Below are positions 8,983-18,728 of a DNA stretch of 64,000 nucleotides, piece by piece (within the stretch, counting starts at the first letter, position 1; each line of letters starts with the position of its first letter). The position numbers were made by a program, and so were the translations under genes. Origin of the DNA: Solirubrobacterales bacterium (GTDB taxonomy: Bacteria; Actinomycetota; Thermoleophilia; Solirubrobacterales; Solirubrobacteraceae); contig JAOPZB010000090.1 of the NCBI GenBank assembly GCA_025964355.1, positions 1,419 to 65,418 of the forward strand, written 5' to 3'. Below the pieces are notes generated by a model that searched no databases, was not told where the DNA came from, and saw nothing but the letters and a program-made list of their open reading frames with translations.

Positions 8983-10223
8983 GCGTCGAGGACCGCATCG
9001 TCGACCCGGCCCGCGTGGTCGACGCCCTGCGCGAGCTGCGCGCTCTCACCGGCGACGCGCACGGCGCCCAGCGCCTGGCCTGGACGCCGACCTGGGCGCG
9101 TGCGCGCGAGTGGCTTCGCGACCGGCTGGGCGGCTCCCCCGTCGTCGTTGACCTCGACGAGGCGGGGAACCTGTGGGCGACCCTGCCGGGCCAAAGGCCC
9201 GACTCGCTGGTGATCGGCAGCCACCTCGATTCGATTCCGCAAGGCGGCTGGCTCGACGGCTGTCTTGGCGTTCTCGCCGGCGCCGAGGTCCTGCGTGCCC
9301 TGGCCGCCCGCGGCACGCCTGCCGTCACCCTCAAGCTCGTCGATTGGGCCGACGAGGAGGGGGTCCGCTTCGGCGGCCAGAGCATGTACGGGTCGGCGAC
9401 GGTCGCCGGCGCGCTGGACCCGGAGTCGCTCGTCGCCGCCCGCGACAGCGACGGGGTTCGCTTCGCCGACGCGGCCCGTGCCTTCGGCGTCGACCTCGCC
9501 GCGGCCTCGCGGTCACGCGCGCGACTGGCCGACGTGCGCTCCTATCTGGAGCTCCACATCGAGCAGGGGCCCGTGCTGGAGGGGCTTGGCCTGCCGCTTG
9601 GCGTCGTCACGGGAGCCGTCGGGATCGAGCGCCATGCCCTGCGCCTGCAGGGCATGGCGGGGCACGCCGGCTCAACGCCGATGTCCGCCCGTCATGACGC
9701 GCTCTGCGCAGGCGCCGCGATCGCGCTGGAGGCGCGCGCCCTGGCCGTCGGGCTCGACGGGCGCGCGACAACCGGCGAGATGACCGTGCAGCCCGGGCTT
9801 GCGACCGTGATTCCGCGGACGGTCGACATGACCGTCGATCTGCGCCATGAGCGCCCCGACGTGCTGGCCGACCTGCTTGCGCAGACGCGCGATGCCGCCG
9901 CGCGAATCGCCGAGCAGGAGGCCGTGTCGCTGAGCATGCGCGAGGTCCTGCAGATTGCACCGACCGCCTTCGACGAGTCGCTGATCGGGCTGGCCGCCGA
10001 TGTCGTCGCCGAGCTCACCGAGCGCCCCGCGCACCTGATGCCCACGGGCGCGCTGCACGACGCCGCGCAGCTGGCCGGCGCCGGTGTGCCGGCGGTCATG
10101 CTGTTCGTGCGCAGCCGCGGTGGCATCAGCCACAGCCCCGCCGAGGACACCGATCCACAGGACCTGGAGCTCGCCGTAAAGGCGCTGGCGAACCTCGTAG
10201 AACGGGTCCTTCGGCGCCTCTGA
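8979..10223 (+). CDS. M20 Zn-dependent amidohydrolase (N-carbamoyl-amino-acid/allantoate amidohydrolase family)
   Basis: GSHLDS, GWLDGCLG, DEEG, ELHIEQGP, GHAGSTPM, GALHDA, SHSPAE. GTGA overlap gives start 8979. Confidence 0.9.
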   Translation: MSVEDRIVDPARVVDALRELRALTGDAHGAQRLAWTPTWARAREWLRDRLGGSPVVVDLDEAGNLWATLPGQRPDSLVIGSHLDSIPQGGWLDGCLGVLAGAEVLRALAARGTPAVTLKLVDWADEEGVRFGGQSMYGSATVAGALDPESLVAARDSDGVRFADAARAFGVDLAAASRSRARLADVRSYLELHIEQGPVLEGLGLPLGVVTGAVGIERHALRLQGMAGHAGSTPMSARHDALCAGAAIALEARALAVGLDGRATTGEMTVQPGLATVIPRTVDMTVDLRHERPDVLADLLAQTRDAAARIAEQEAVSLSMREVLQIAPTAFDESLIGLAADVVAELTERPAHLMPTGALHDAAQLAGAGVPAVMLFVRSRGGISHSPAEDTDPQDLELAVKALANLVERVLRRL

Positions 10224-10277
10224 CGTTCTCGGGAATGCCGATCCCCATGGTCGAACGCAACCTGCAAAGCTCCCAGC

Positions 10278-11147
10278 GTGCCGGAGATCCCCTGGGGCGT
10301 CGACTCTGAGTACGCGCGCCTGACCGACGCGCTGCTTTGCGCGCCAGAGAACTTCCGCTGGCTGCACACGAGTCAGATCTCAGCCGCGACGCTCGCAAGC
10401 GGGATCCCCTTCGATCGCGATCTCGCCCTGCGCCAGCATGCGGAGATGGTCGGCATCTACGAGCAGGCCGGCGTCGCCTGCCACTTCCTGGCGCCCGATC
10501 CCGCGCTTCCCTACCAGGTGTTCGCGCGCGACTCCAGCACCGCGACACCCACCGGCGCCGTGCTGCTGCAGATGCACCAGTCGTGGCGCCGGGGCGAGTA
10601 CGCAGCCGTGCTGCGCTTCCACGAGGCGGCCGGGATCCCGATCGTCGACATGATCACCGCGGGCGCCGTCGAGGGCGGCGACGTGATGATCATCGAGCCC
10701 GGCTGTGTGCTGATCGGCTACTGCGAAGCGCGGACCGAGCTTGCCGGCGCGTCACAGCTGGCCGAGATCTTCAGGGCCCAGGGCTGGGAGGCTCGCGTCG
10801 AGCCCTTCCCAGCGCGTTATGTCCACATCGACCTGCTCGCCGTCTCACTCGCCGAGAAGCTGGCCGCGGTCTGCACCGACGTGGTCTCCGGCGGGCTGCT
10901 GCGTTGGCTGAAGGGACGTGGATTTCAGCTCATCGACATTCCCGAGCCCGACGCCTTCGCGCTGGGGGTCAACGCGATGCCGCTCGGAGACGGCCGCGTC
11001 CTGTCCTCGGCGGGGGCGACCCATCTGAACGCCGCAATGCGCGCGCACGGGATCGAGGTGTTCGACCCGGACCTGTCGATGTTCACGCTCGGTGGCGGCG
11101 GTCCCCACTGCCTCGCGCAGGCGCTGAGACGCGAGCGCGAAGCCTAG
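10278..11147 (+). CDS. Amidinotransferase/DDAH/arginine deiminase (pentein) family enzyme
   Basis: VFARDS, EGGDV, HIDL and GGGPHC (Cys-His-Asp/Glu catalytic set). Confidence 0.88.
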   Translation: MPEIPWGVDSEYARLTDALLCAPENFRWLHTSQISAATLASGIPFDRDLALRQHAEMVGIYEQAGVACHFLAPDPALPYQVFARDSSTATPTGAVLLQMHQSWRRGEYAAVLRFHEAAGIPIVDMITAGAVEGGDVMIIEPGCVLIGYCEARTELAGASQLAEIFRAQGWEARVEPFPARYVHIDLLAVSLAEKLAAVCTDVVSGGLLRWLKGRGFQLIDIPEPDAFALGVNAMPLGDGRVLSSAGATHLNAAMRAHGIEVFDPDLSMFTLGGGGPHCLAQALRREREA

Positions 11148-11177
11148 GCGAGCCGCCCACGTACCTCCCGCGCGCCG

Positions 11178-12065
11178 CTAGGCCGTGAGGTGGGCGCTGT
11201 CGCCGCCCGTGGCGGCGAACGAGGTCCCGCTCACCATGCGGGCCTCGTCGGAGGCGAGAAAGACGACGAGCGGAGCGACGTCCTCGGGCTCGATCCACGG
11301 GACACCCAGCGGAGTCTTGGCCTTGAGCACCTCGATCGCGATTCGCTCGTCCTCCGCAGGATTGCCGGTCGGCTGGCGGCCCGCTTCGCTGATGGCCTGT
11401 GCATAGCGGTCCTCGTGTCGCGTTAGCGGGGTGTCGATCAGGCCGGGGACCACGGCGTTGACCGTGATGTTGTGGGGTCCGAGCTCGAGGGCCGCGGACT
11501 TCATCAGGCCGATGAGTCCCCACTTCGACGCCGAGTACGCCGAACCGAACTTCGTGCCGCGCTGGCCCTGGGTGGACGAAGTCACGATGATCCGACCGCC
11601 GCCCCGCCTGACGAGCATCGGCGCGAAGACGCGCAACACGTTGGCGGTGCCGTTCAGGTTCACATCGATGTGGTCGTGCCAGTCGGCATCCTCCATCTCT
11701 AGGAGCGGCTTGAACGCTTGGATGCCGGCGTTGGCGAACAGGATGTCGATGCCGCCCCAGTCGCGCTCGATCGTCTCCGCGACCGAGCGAATCTGCTCGA
11801 TTTGCCGCTGATCCGCAGTCAGGGCCTTCCAGCGCGACCCGGTGGCCTCGACCTGTCTCCCGGTCGTCGCCAGATCGTCAGCGGTCGCCGGCGCGAAATC
11901 GAGGATCGGGCTGGCCTCGGCCGCGATGTCGATGCCCGCCACGTCGGCTCCGTGCTGCGCCAGCGCGACGGCCGCGGCTCGCCCGATCCCGCGGGCGGCT
12001 CCGGTCACGACGGCGACACGGCCATCCAATCTCCCCGGAGCCTGACCGCTCGTCCGCTCGCTCAT
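11178..12065 (-). CDS. SDR family oxidoreductase with a mycofactocin-coupled-SDR-like insert
   Basis: TGAARGIG, ANAGI, YSASK; insert DIAAEASPILDFAPATADDL. Confidence 0.88.
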   Translation of the reverse strand: MSERTSGQAPGRLDGRVAVVTGAARGIGRAAAVALAQHGADVAGIDIAAEASPILDFAPATADDLATTGRQVEATGSRWKALTADQRQIEQIRSVAETIERDWGGIDILFANAGIQAFKPLLEMEDADWHDHIDVNLNGTANVLRVFAPMLVRRGGGRIIVTSSTQGQRGTKFGSAYSASKWGLIGLMKSAALELGPHNITVNAVVPGLIDTPLTRHEDRYAQAISEAGRQPTGNPAEDERIAIEVLKAKTPLGVPWIEPEDVAPLVVFLASDEARMVSGTSFAATGGDSAHLTA

Positions 12066-12150
12066 GTCATCTGACCGACACAATACGCCGCGCGCTCTGG
12101 AGCGCAACGTGATCGCGGCATGCGAGCTGCACGGAGCACCGCCGCGTGAC

Positions 12151-13623
12151 TCACAGCTCAGACTCCTGCCCCGGGGCCGTGCCGATAGGAGGTCCGGACT
12201 CGATCGAGCCGGGACCCTCCGGGCTGTCGGCGAGCACCTCGAAGCCGCCGTCTGGACGGCGTGCGATCAGCGCCCCTTCCCAGGCACGCAGCGGGTGTGA
12301 GCCGGTGCGCGCAAGCCAACGGCAGGTCTGGCGGGTAGCGAAGAAGACGATTATGGGCAGCAGCCACACGCCGACACGCCAGAAATGGACCTGTTCTTCG
12401 TAGGGAATGTGCAGCCTCACGAAGATCCGGTCGGTCGAGCCGACCGCAAAGATGATCACTACCCAGCTGAGGAACGCCGCGCCGATCGCTGTTCGCACCG
12501 GCCGGTCGCGCGGGCGGTCGAGCAGGTCGTGCCTGCGGTAGTCGCCGGTGACCCGCCGCTCGAGCGCCGGCCACGCGAACATCATCGCGAACACGACTGT
12601 CGGAAAGAGGACGCCGCCCCAGAACGGGTTCGGTATCAGCGTGTGTCCGGCGATCGTCGGCTCCCAGTTCGGCATCAGACGCAGCGCTCCGATCAGCCAT
12701 CCGATGTACCAGTCGGGTTGCGCGCCGTTCTCGGACAGGTAACCGTGATACGGCCCCCACTGCCAGATCGGGTTGACCTGGATCAGGCCGCCGACCAAGA
12801 ACAGCACGGCCGCGACAGCCAGCAGCAGCCCGATCGACCGCAGTGCGTAGGCCGGCCACAGCGGTGTTCCGACGACGTTTCGCTCGCGACGTCCCGGACC
12901 GGGGAACTGCGTGTGGCGGTGGCGCATGATCATCGCCAGATGCATCGTGATCAGGACCGCGAGCGCGAGTGGGATCACGAGCACGTGGATGATCTCTAGG
13001 CGGGGGAAGAAGTCCGACGAGCCCGGGAACTGGCCGCCCCAGATGAGATAGCCCAGCTGTGCCCCCACGAACGGGATCGAGAGGGCGACCGAGTACGCGA
13101 TGGCGAGCCCCATACCGGAGAGCAGGTCGTCGACCAGCGAGTAGCCCGCGAAGCCCTCGAGGATCGCGAGCATCAGCATGGTCAGGCCGATGAAGTAGTT
13201 GAGATCGCGCGGCTTGCGGTAGGCGCCGGTGAAGAAGATCCGAATCAGGTGCAGCACGATCGCCGCGACGAAGACATCGGCCGCCCAGTGGTGGATCTGG
13301 CGCACGAGCAGCCCGGCCGGGACGTTGAAGCTGAGGTCGAGCACCGAGCGGAAGGCCTCCGACATCTGTTCCCCACGCAGCAGGTCATACGGCCCGCGGT
13401 AGATCACCTGCGTGTCGCTCGGCACGTAGTAGAGCGTCAGGAAGACGCCGGTTGCGACGAGCACGATGAAGGCGTAGAGCGCAATCTCCCCGAGCAGGAA
13501 CGTCCAGTGGTCGGGAAAGACGTAGCGAAGCGCCCATTTGATCGCCCTTGCCGCGCCGAGGCGTTCTTCGCCCAAGCGCATCGTGCGCGCCAGGCGACGT
13601 GGGGGGCGGCGCGCGACGATCAT
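12151..13623 (-). CDS. qcrB: Cytochrome bcc complex cytochrome b subunit
   Basis: FPDHWTFLLGEIALY, heme ligands IHHW/LHL/IHV/MHL, Qo motif PDWY. Confidence 0.95.
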   Translation of the reverse strand: MIVARRPPRRLARTMRLGEERLGAARAIKWALRYVFPDHWTFLLGEIALYAFIVLVATGVFLTLYYVPSDTQVIYRGPYDLLRGEQMSEAFRSVLDLSFNVPAGLLVRQIHHWAADVFVAAIVLHLIRIFFTGAYRKPRDLNYFIGLTMLMLAILEGFAGYSLVDDLLSGMGLAIAYSVALSIPFVGAQLGYLIWGGQFPGSSDFFPRLEIIHVLVIPLALAVLITMHLAMIMRHRHTQFPGPGRRERNVVGTPLWPAYALRSIGLLLAVAAVLFLVGGLIQVNPIWQWGPYHGYLSENGAQPDWYIGWLIGALRLMPNWEPTIAGHTLIPNPFWGGVLFPTVVFAMMFAWPALERRVTGDYRRHDLLDRPRDRPVRTAIGAAFLSWVVIIFAVGSTDRIFVRLHIPYEEQVHFWRVGVWLLPIIVFFATRQTCRWLARTGSHPLRAWEGALIARRPDGGFEVLADSPEGPGSIESGPPIGTAPGQESEL

Positions 13624-13681
13624 CGCCGGCGTGCCTTGCGCTGCAAACGCCCGGGAAGCAGTGCTGTGCCTCGCGCGTTTC

Positions 13682-14803
13682 TCATGACTGCCCGCGATGC
13701 ACGCTCCACCACGACGGCCCGATGTCCTCGTGGAACGCGGCCGCCGCCCGCAGGTTGCGTTCGCCGTCGATCATCAGCGGCAGCTGCGGCAGCGCTCGGC
13801 CAGCGGGCCCGAACATCAGCCGACCGCCTTCGCCCGGAGAGAACGTCGAGTAATGGCAGGGACAGGTGAACGCGGGACCGACGCTCGTCGGTTGGTATGT
13901 GGGGTACCGGTACAGCGAGATCGCGCAGCCCGCATGCGGGCAGATCTTCGAGTAGGCGAGGATGCCCTCCGGCGCCCAGTCGCGACGGGCGGGCGGCAGG
14001 TGGATCAGGTCGGCGGGCAGCTTCACGACCAGCACTCCAGAGCCGAAGGCCTCCGGGTCGCCGCGCTCGGGCAGCGCCGTGTAGAAGGCGCCGATTTGCA
14101 CGTCCTCGGCGCTGTAGGGCCTGCCCTGGTCGTCGACGAGTCGCACGCCGCGCCGCCAGGCCGTCTGGTGGATGGCGTCGAGGTCGGGGCCGAGCGAGGC
14201 GAGCGGCGTGACCGCCGCAGTCAGCACCCCCGCGCCGGCCAGGCCGGCTGCGCCAGCCAGCAGCGTGCGCCGCGAGATCCCCTCGCCGCCGGACTCGACG
14301 ATCTCGAGCACCTGCTCCATCTCCTGCTCTTTCAGGAGCACATCGCGCTGCTCGACGCTCGTCTCCTGCGGGACGACCGCCTTGCCGGCGACGATCGCGG
14401 CGGCGGCGAGCAGTGCCAGCCCTCCTCCGAGGGCGATCCCGAGCAGCTGCGTGCTTGCCCCGGCCGCCGCGTAGACGACCGTGAAGCCAAATGCGAACAG
14501 CCCCGCGCCCACCAGCAGGATCGCGACGATCGCCTCGGCCCGTCGGTTGGCGGGAAGCTCTCGCTGCGACGGGTCCTCGCCGGAGCGCGAGCCGGGGGCG
14601 GAGCGGGGGGCGGAGCCCGAGTCGGGGCCGGAGCCCGAGCCGGAGCGGGAGCGGGGGACGGAGCCGGGGCCCGGGCTGGGCACGCGGCGCATCTGGCGCC
14701 GGCGCGCGAACGCATCGCGCAGCGCGCGCGCCGTCAGCAGCGCCGCGAGCATTGAGGCGAGGGCGCGCAGCCTCGTTGTGCCTCGGTCGTCCCCATCGCT
14801 CAT
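13682..14803 (-). CDS. qcrA: Cytochrome bcc complex Rieske Fe-S subunit
   Basis: CPHAGC and CPCHYS boxes, internal Tat motif SRRTLL after TM helices, GPAGRALPQL. Confidence 0.95.
   Translation of the reverse strand: MSDGDDRGTTRLRALASMLAALLTARALRDAFARRRQMRRVPSPGPGSVPRSRSGSGSGPDSGSAPRSAPGSRSGEDPSQRELPANRRAEAIVAILLVGAGLFAFGFTVVYAAAGASTQLLGIALGGGLALLAAAAIVAGKAVVPQETSVEQRDVLLKEQEMEQVLEIVESGGEGISRRTLLAGAAGLAGAGVLTAAVTPLASLGPDLDAIHQTAWRRGVRLVDDQGRPYSAEDVQIGAFYTALPERGDPEAFGSGVLVVKLPADLIHLPPARRDWAPEGILAYSKICPHAGCAISLYRYPTYQPTSVGPAFTCPCHYSTFSPGEGGRLMFGPAGRALPQLPLMIDGERNLRAAAAFHEDIGPSWWSVHRGQS
14582..14680. repeat. Degenerate hexamer repeats encoding a Gly/Ser/Pro/Arg linker in QcrA
   Basis: Arrays of GGAGCC/GGAGCG/CGAGCC encoding PSPGPGSVPRSRSGSGSGPDSGSAPRSAPGSRS. 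Confidence 0.6.
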
Positions 14804-14816
14804 GACCTGTCTCCGT

Positions 14817-15731
14817 TCAATTCGTCCTCTCGCCGATCAGCCGCGCGACGATGACCAGCGCGGTCAGCGCCAGAAACCAAGCGACCATGCCCTCGGGGAT
14901 CGGCCCGATGTTGGAGATGCCCCAGCCGCCTCTGTCGGACGGCGCACGCGTCCAGAGCACGTAGCGAGCGATCGAGTCCAGCGCGTGCTGGTCTATCTGC
15001 CGGGGGCCGAAGCGCGGCATCACGTACGGGCCCATGCGCACGGCCTCGGCCACCTGCTGCGCCGTGGCGCTCTGCAGTTCCGGCACGATCGCGCCGATCG
15101 TCAGGCCCCCGCGCCCGACGATCTGGTGGCAGCCGGCGCAATCCAGCGTGAAGTCGTGAAGCCCGAGCGCGAGGTCGCCGGCGCCGGGATCGGTGGTCGG
15201 CGCCGGCGGACCTCCGAACGAGCTCACGAACGCGACGAGCGCCTGGATCCGCGCACGGGAGTAGAGCGGCGTGGTGCGCAGCGGCTCGGCATGGGGGTTT
15301 TCGAGCGGCATTCGTCCGGTCGACAGGTAGAAGTCGACGGGCCCGGCCCCGACTCCGACAAGCGACGGAGCCATGCGTGTTCGACCCTTCAGGTCCATGC
15401 CGTGGCACGAGGAGCATCCCTCCTCGTAGAGGCTTCGCCCTTCTGCGAGCAACGTCGGCGAGCTCGGTGTCGCCACCGTGCGTTCACCGGGCGCGGGGGC
15501 CTCCGGGAACTTGCTGCGACCGGTTCCAGGCGGCTGCGGCGCTTGCGCCGGTGCAGCCGCGCCCCCGGAGCCGGTCGCGGCGGGCGGCGTCGCGGCGCCG
15601 CTGGCCTGCGGCGACCGCGGGCTCGCCAGGATCAGCAACGCGGCGGTGCCCATCAGCAGAGCCACGGTGGCGCGAAGCGCTCGCGGCGCTCGCGCCCGGC
15701 GCGTGAGCCAGCGACGCGCGAGCGCGCTCAT
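14817..15731 (-). CDS. qcrC: Cytochrome bcc complex diheme cytochrome c subunit
   Basis: CSSCH and CAGCH, STGRMP, GPYVMP, GPIPEG plus a C-terminal TM. ATGA overlap with ctaG gives start 15731. Confidence 0.92.
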   Translation of the reverse strand: MSALARRWLTRRARAPRALRATVALLMGTAALLILASPRSPQASGAATPPAATGSGGAAAPAQAPQPPGTGRSKFPEAPAPGERTVATPSSPTLLAEGRSLYEEGCSSCHGMDLKGRTRMAPSLVGVGAGPVDFYLSTGRMPLENPHAEPLRTTPLYSRARIQALVAFVSSFGGPPAPTTDPGAGDLALGLHDFTLDCAGCHQIVGRGGLTIGAIVPELQSATAQQVAEAVRMGPYVMPRFGPRQIDQHALDSIARYVLWTRAPSDRGGWGISNIGPIPEGMVAWFLALTALVIVARLIGERTN

Positions 15732-16612
15732 CGGGGACGCTCTCCGCTTGCCGTTCTGCGAGGGCCATGCGCGAGCAGGGCGTGGCGCTCGCGTGCGGCC
15801 TGACGACGCTCCTCGAGCATCATCGACGCCATCGCCAGCCGCAGACCGACCGCGATCATGAACGAGCTGCCGCTGACCCACATGATCGCTCCGGCCTGCT
15901 GCTGGTCGGTGACGGCCGAGATGCCGAGCGCTCTCGCGGGCGCGCCATAGCCGGGATACACGAGCGTGGGCGCGCGGTTGAGGTAGGCGCCGACGAGCGC
16001 CATCGCCGGCATCGCGGCCAGCAGATAGACGAACCGGCCCATACCGCCGAGGCGGTGCGAAGGCGCCGGATCGCCGTCCAGCAGCGGCCACCAGAACATC
16101 AGGCCGCTCGCGACGAACAGCGCATGCTCGCCGTCGTGCAGGAGCGGATGACGCAGCGTCGCTTCATAGAAGGCGGGCACGTGCGTCGCGATCAACGCGG
16201 CGCTGAACACGCCGAGACACACGAACGGGCTCATCAGCCGACGCGTCCCGGCGAGCAGTCGCATCAGAGCAGCGCGGCGCTCCGGTGCCAGCGCGCTCAG
16301 AGCGAGGATCACGGGGCGCCCTTCGAGCAGCAGCAGCGGCGCCACGAGGAGCAGGAGCATGTGCTGGACCATGTGCACCGAGAGGAGGCGGTCATCGAAC
16401 GTGTCGATTCCCGACTGCGACGCGAGCAGCACGACGCCTATGCCGCACATGAACGAGACAGTCCGCCGGACGGGCCAGCGGGCACGCGTGCGATGCGTGC
16501 CCCAAAGGTAGATGCACGCGTACGCCGCGCCCGCGCCATCCAAGCCCCACGCTGGCGACCAGTGTTCGACGAGCAGCGACGGCATGCCGGGAGCGGCGCC
16601 GACGATGCTCAC
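15728..16612 (-). CDS. ctaG: Caa3-type cytochrome c oxidase assembly factor
   Basis: LSVHMVQHMLL, WP, HDGEH, DQQQAGAIMW. GTGA overlap gives start 16612. Confidence 0.9.
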   Translation of the reverse strand: MSIVGAAPGMPSLLVEHWSPAWGLDGAGAAYACIYLWGTHRTRARWPVRRTVSFMCGIGVVLLASQSGIDTFDDRLLSVHMVQHMLLLLVAPLLLLEGRPVILALSALAPERRAALMRLLAGTRRLMSPFVCLGVFSAALIATHVPAFYEATLRHPLLHDGEHALFVASGLMFWWPLLDGDPAPSHRLGGMGRFVYLLAAMPAMALVGAYLNRAPTLVYPGYGAPARALGISAVTDQQQAGAIMWVSGSSFMIAVGLRLAMASMMLEERRQAARERHALLAHGPRRTASGERPR

Positions 16613-17043
16613 GGTCCTCGCTCCTGTTCGGCTGAATCCGGCAGCGAACGGCTCTCGTGGAGTTCGCGGCTCGCCCGCGCCGCCTGCACTTCCAGGGCCA
16701 GCCGCCCCAGCGAGAGGATCAGCAGGCCGCCGCCGAAGTAGACGAGGAAGTAAGCCCACGTCAGGCCGAAGAGGATCGACGCGACAGCTATCGCCGCCAG
16801 CACGGCAGCAAAGCTGAGATCGGGCGCCGCCTCGGCGCGACCCGGCGGCGGGGGCTCGGGAGGTCCGCGCCGTATCGCGCCGCGGTGCGTCGCCACGAGC
16901 CACGCGGCCGCCAGCACGATCACGAGCACCGCGAATCCGAACGCGCCAACCTGGATGGCGTCACCGGTCCACACCCAGTTGCCGGCCATCAACACGGCCA
17001 GCAGGCAGGCCCAGGCGAGCAGCGGGATGGCACCGCCTCTCAT
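16609..17043 (-). CDS. Small 4-TM protein, probable oxidase subunit IV (CtaF-like)
   Basis: 144 aa, two hydrophobic hairpins separated by a Pro-rich loop, coupled directly after ctaD as actinobacterial ctaF is. Confidence 0.6.
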   Translation of the reverse strand: MRGGAIPLLAWACLLAVLMAGNWVWTGDAIQVGAFGFAVLVIVLAAAWLVATHRGAIRRGPPEPPPPGRAEAAPDLSFAAVLAAIAVASILFGLTWAYFLVYFGGGLLILSLGRLALEVQAARASRELHESRSLPDSAEQERGP

Positions 17044-18728
17044 GGCGCGTCCTCCTGCGGCGTGGGACCGAGCCCTGCGCGGCCGGCGGGCACGCGCGTC
17101 ATCGCGGCGCCGTTGCGATCAGCGGCCCGCTGGCGCAGATCCAGCAGTGGCGCGTAGGAGGTGATCGGCGGAAGCGCCCGCTCGAAGTTGTGGCGCGGCG
17201 GCGGCGAGGACGTCGCCCACTCCAGCGTATGGCCGAGCCACGGATCCTCGCCGGCCGCGTCGCGGTGGCGCAACGACACGACCACGTTGACGAGGAAGGT
17301 CGCGACGGCCAGCGCGATCACGCCCGCGCCCGCCGTCTCGAGCAGATTCAGCGTCCCCCAGCCCGGGTGGCTCGGATAGTCGGCGATCCGGCGCGGCATG
17401 CCGTAATTGCCGAGGAAGAACATCGGCAGGAACGTCATGTTCGTGCCGATCAGCAACAGCACGAAGTGCAGCCGGCCGAGCCCTTCGCGCAGCCGCGCCC
17501 CGGTGACCTTTGGAAACCAGTGGTAGATGCCGGCGAAGAAGCCGAACACGCTGCCCGCGAACAGCGTGTAGTGGAAGTGCGCGACGATCATGTAGGAGTC
17601 CTCGGCGTGGTAGTCGAGCACCGGCGAGGCGATGAAGATGCCGCTAAGCCCGCCGATCAAGAACTGCAGGAAGAAGCCGAGGGCGAACAGCATCGAGGTC
17701 CGCAGCAGGATCGATCCGCCTATTAGGGTCGCGATCATGTCGAAGTACTCGACGCCGGCCGGCACGACCAGCGCCGTCGAGGTGAAGGCGAAGTACTGAT
17801 TGGTCACGCCGCCGGTCGTGAACATGTGATGCGACCACACGCTCATCGACAGCGCCGCGAACGCAAGCATCGACGCGACGAACGCCGCATAACCGAACCA
17901 GCGCTTGTGCGCGTTGACGGCGATCACCTCCGCCGCGGCTCCGAGGAAGGGGAAGAACATCACATAGACGACCGGGTGACCGAAGAACCAGAACAGGTCC
18001 TGGTAGTCGATCGCCCCGCTGTAGCCGATGAACACGTGCGCCCCGAGGCGTTCGGCATACAGCAGCGCCATCGCGAGGATCAGCACGGGGAAAGACCCGA
18101 CGACCATCAGAGCACTCACGAGCTGCGTCCAGGTGAATACCGGCATGCGCATCACCGACATGCCGGGGGCGCGGCGGCGCGCGATCGTCGCCAGCACGCA
18201 ACCGCCGATGATCGTAAGCCCGGCGGCCGCCAGGATCACCCCCACGGTCCACAGGTCCTGGCCCACGCCTGGCGTATTCGCACTGTTCGACAGCGGGACG
18301 TAGGCGAACCAGCCCGATCGTCCGGCGCCTTCCTGGGTCAGCCAGCCGAGCTGCATGATGATGCCGCCCGACAGCCAGATCCAGAACGCGGCGAGCACCA
18401 TGCGCGGCGCGGCGATCGAGGAGGCTCCGATCTGCAGTGGCACCAGATAGATCGCCAGCGCCATCGCCATCGGCGTCACGAACAGGAAGATCATCGTCGA
18501 CCCGTGCATCGTGAAAAGTTCGTTGTAGGTCGCGTCTGAGACGAACTGCATGTGCGGCTGCGCCAGCTGCGTGCGCATCAGCAGGGCCATGACGCCGCCG
18601 CCGAGAAAGAACACGAGCGAGGCGAGCCCCATGTTCAGGCCGATGCGCTTGTGGTCGGTGCTGGCGGCCGCGCCGAACACGCTCGAGGCCCGCGAGACCG
18701 TGGTGACGGCGGGTGCGGTGGCGCTCAC
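17040..18728 (-). CDS. ctaD: Heme-copper oxygen reductase subunit I with atypical proton channels
   Basis: TDHKRIG, FTMHG, WFFGHPVVY, WSHHM, AHFHY, GMPRR, LEWATSSPPPRHNF. Confidence 0.95.
   Translation of the reverse strand: MSATAPAVTTVSRASSVFGAAASTDHKRIGLNMGLASLVFFLGGGVMALLMRTQLAQPHMQFVSDATYNELFTMHGSTMIFLFVTPMAMALAIYLVPLQIGASSIAAPRMVLAAFWIWLSGGIIMQLGWLTQEGAGRSGWFAYVPLSNSANTPGVGQDLWTVGVILAAAGLTIIGGCVLATIARRRAPGMSVMRMPVFTWTQLVSALMVVGSFPVLILAMALLYAERLGAHVFIGYSGAIDYQDLFWFFGHPVVYVMFFPFLGAAAEVIAVNAHKRWFGYAAFVASMLAFAALSMSVWSHHMFTTGGVTNQYFAFTSTALVVPAGVEYFDMIATLIGGSILLRTSMLFALGFFLQFLIGGLSGIFIASPVLDYHAEDSYMIVAHFHYTLFAGSVFGFFAGIYHWFPKVTGARLREGLGRLHFVLLLIGTNMTFLPMFFLGNYGMPRRIADYPSHPGWGTLNLLETAGAGVIALAVATFLVNVVVSLRHRDAAGEDPWLGHTLEWATSSPPPRHNFERALPPITSYAPLLDLRQRAADRNGAAMTRVPAGRAGLGPTPQEDAP

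Noticed and set aside
17040-18728. Subunit I as a nitric oxide reductase
   Set aside because: The helix VI cross-link Tyr and the CuB His ligands are retained, and a CuA subunit II and CtaG are present. O2 reductase is more parsimonious.
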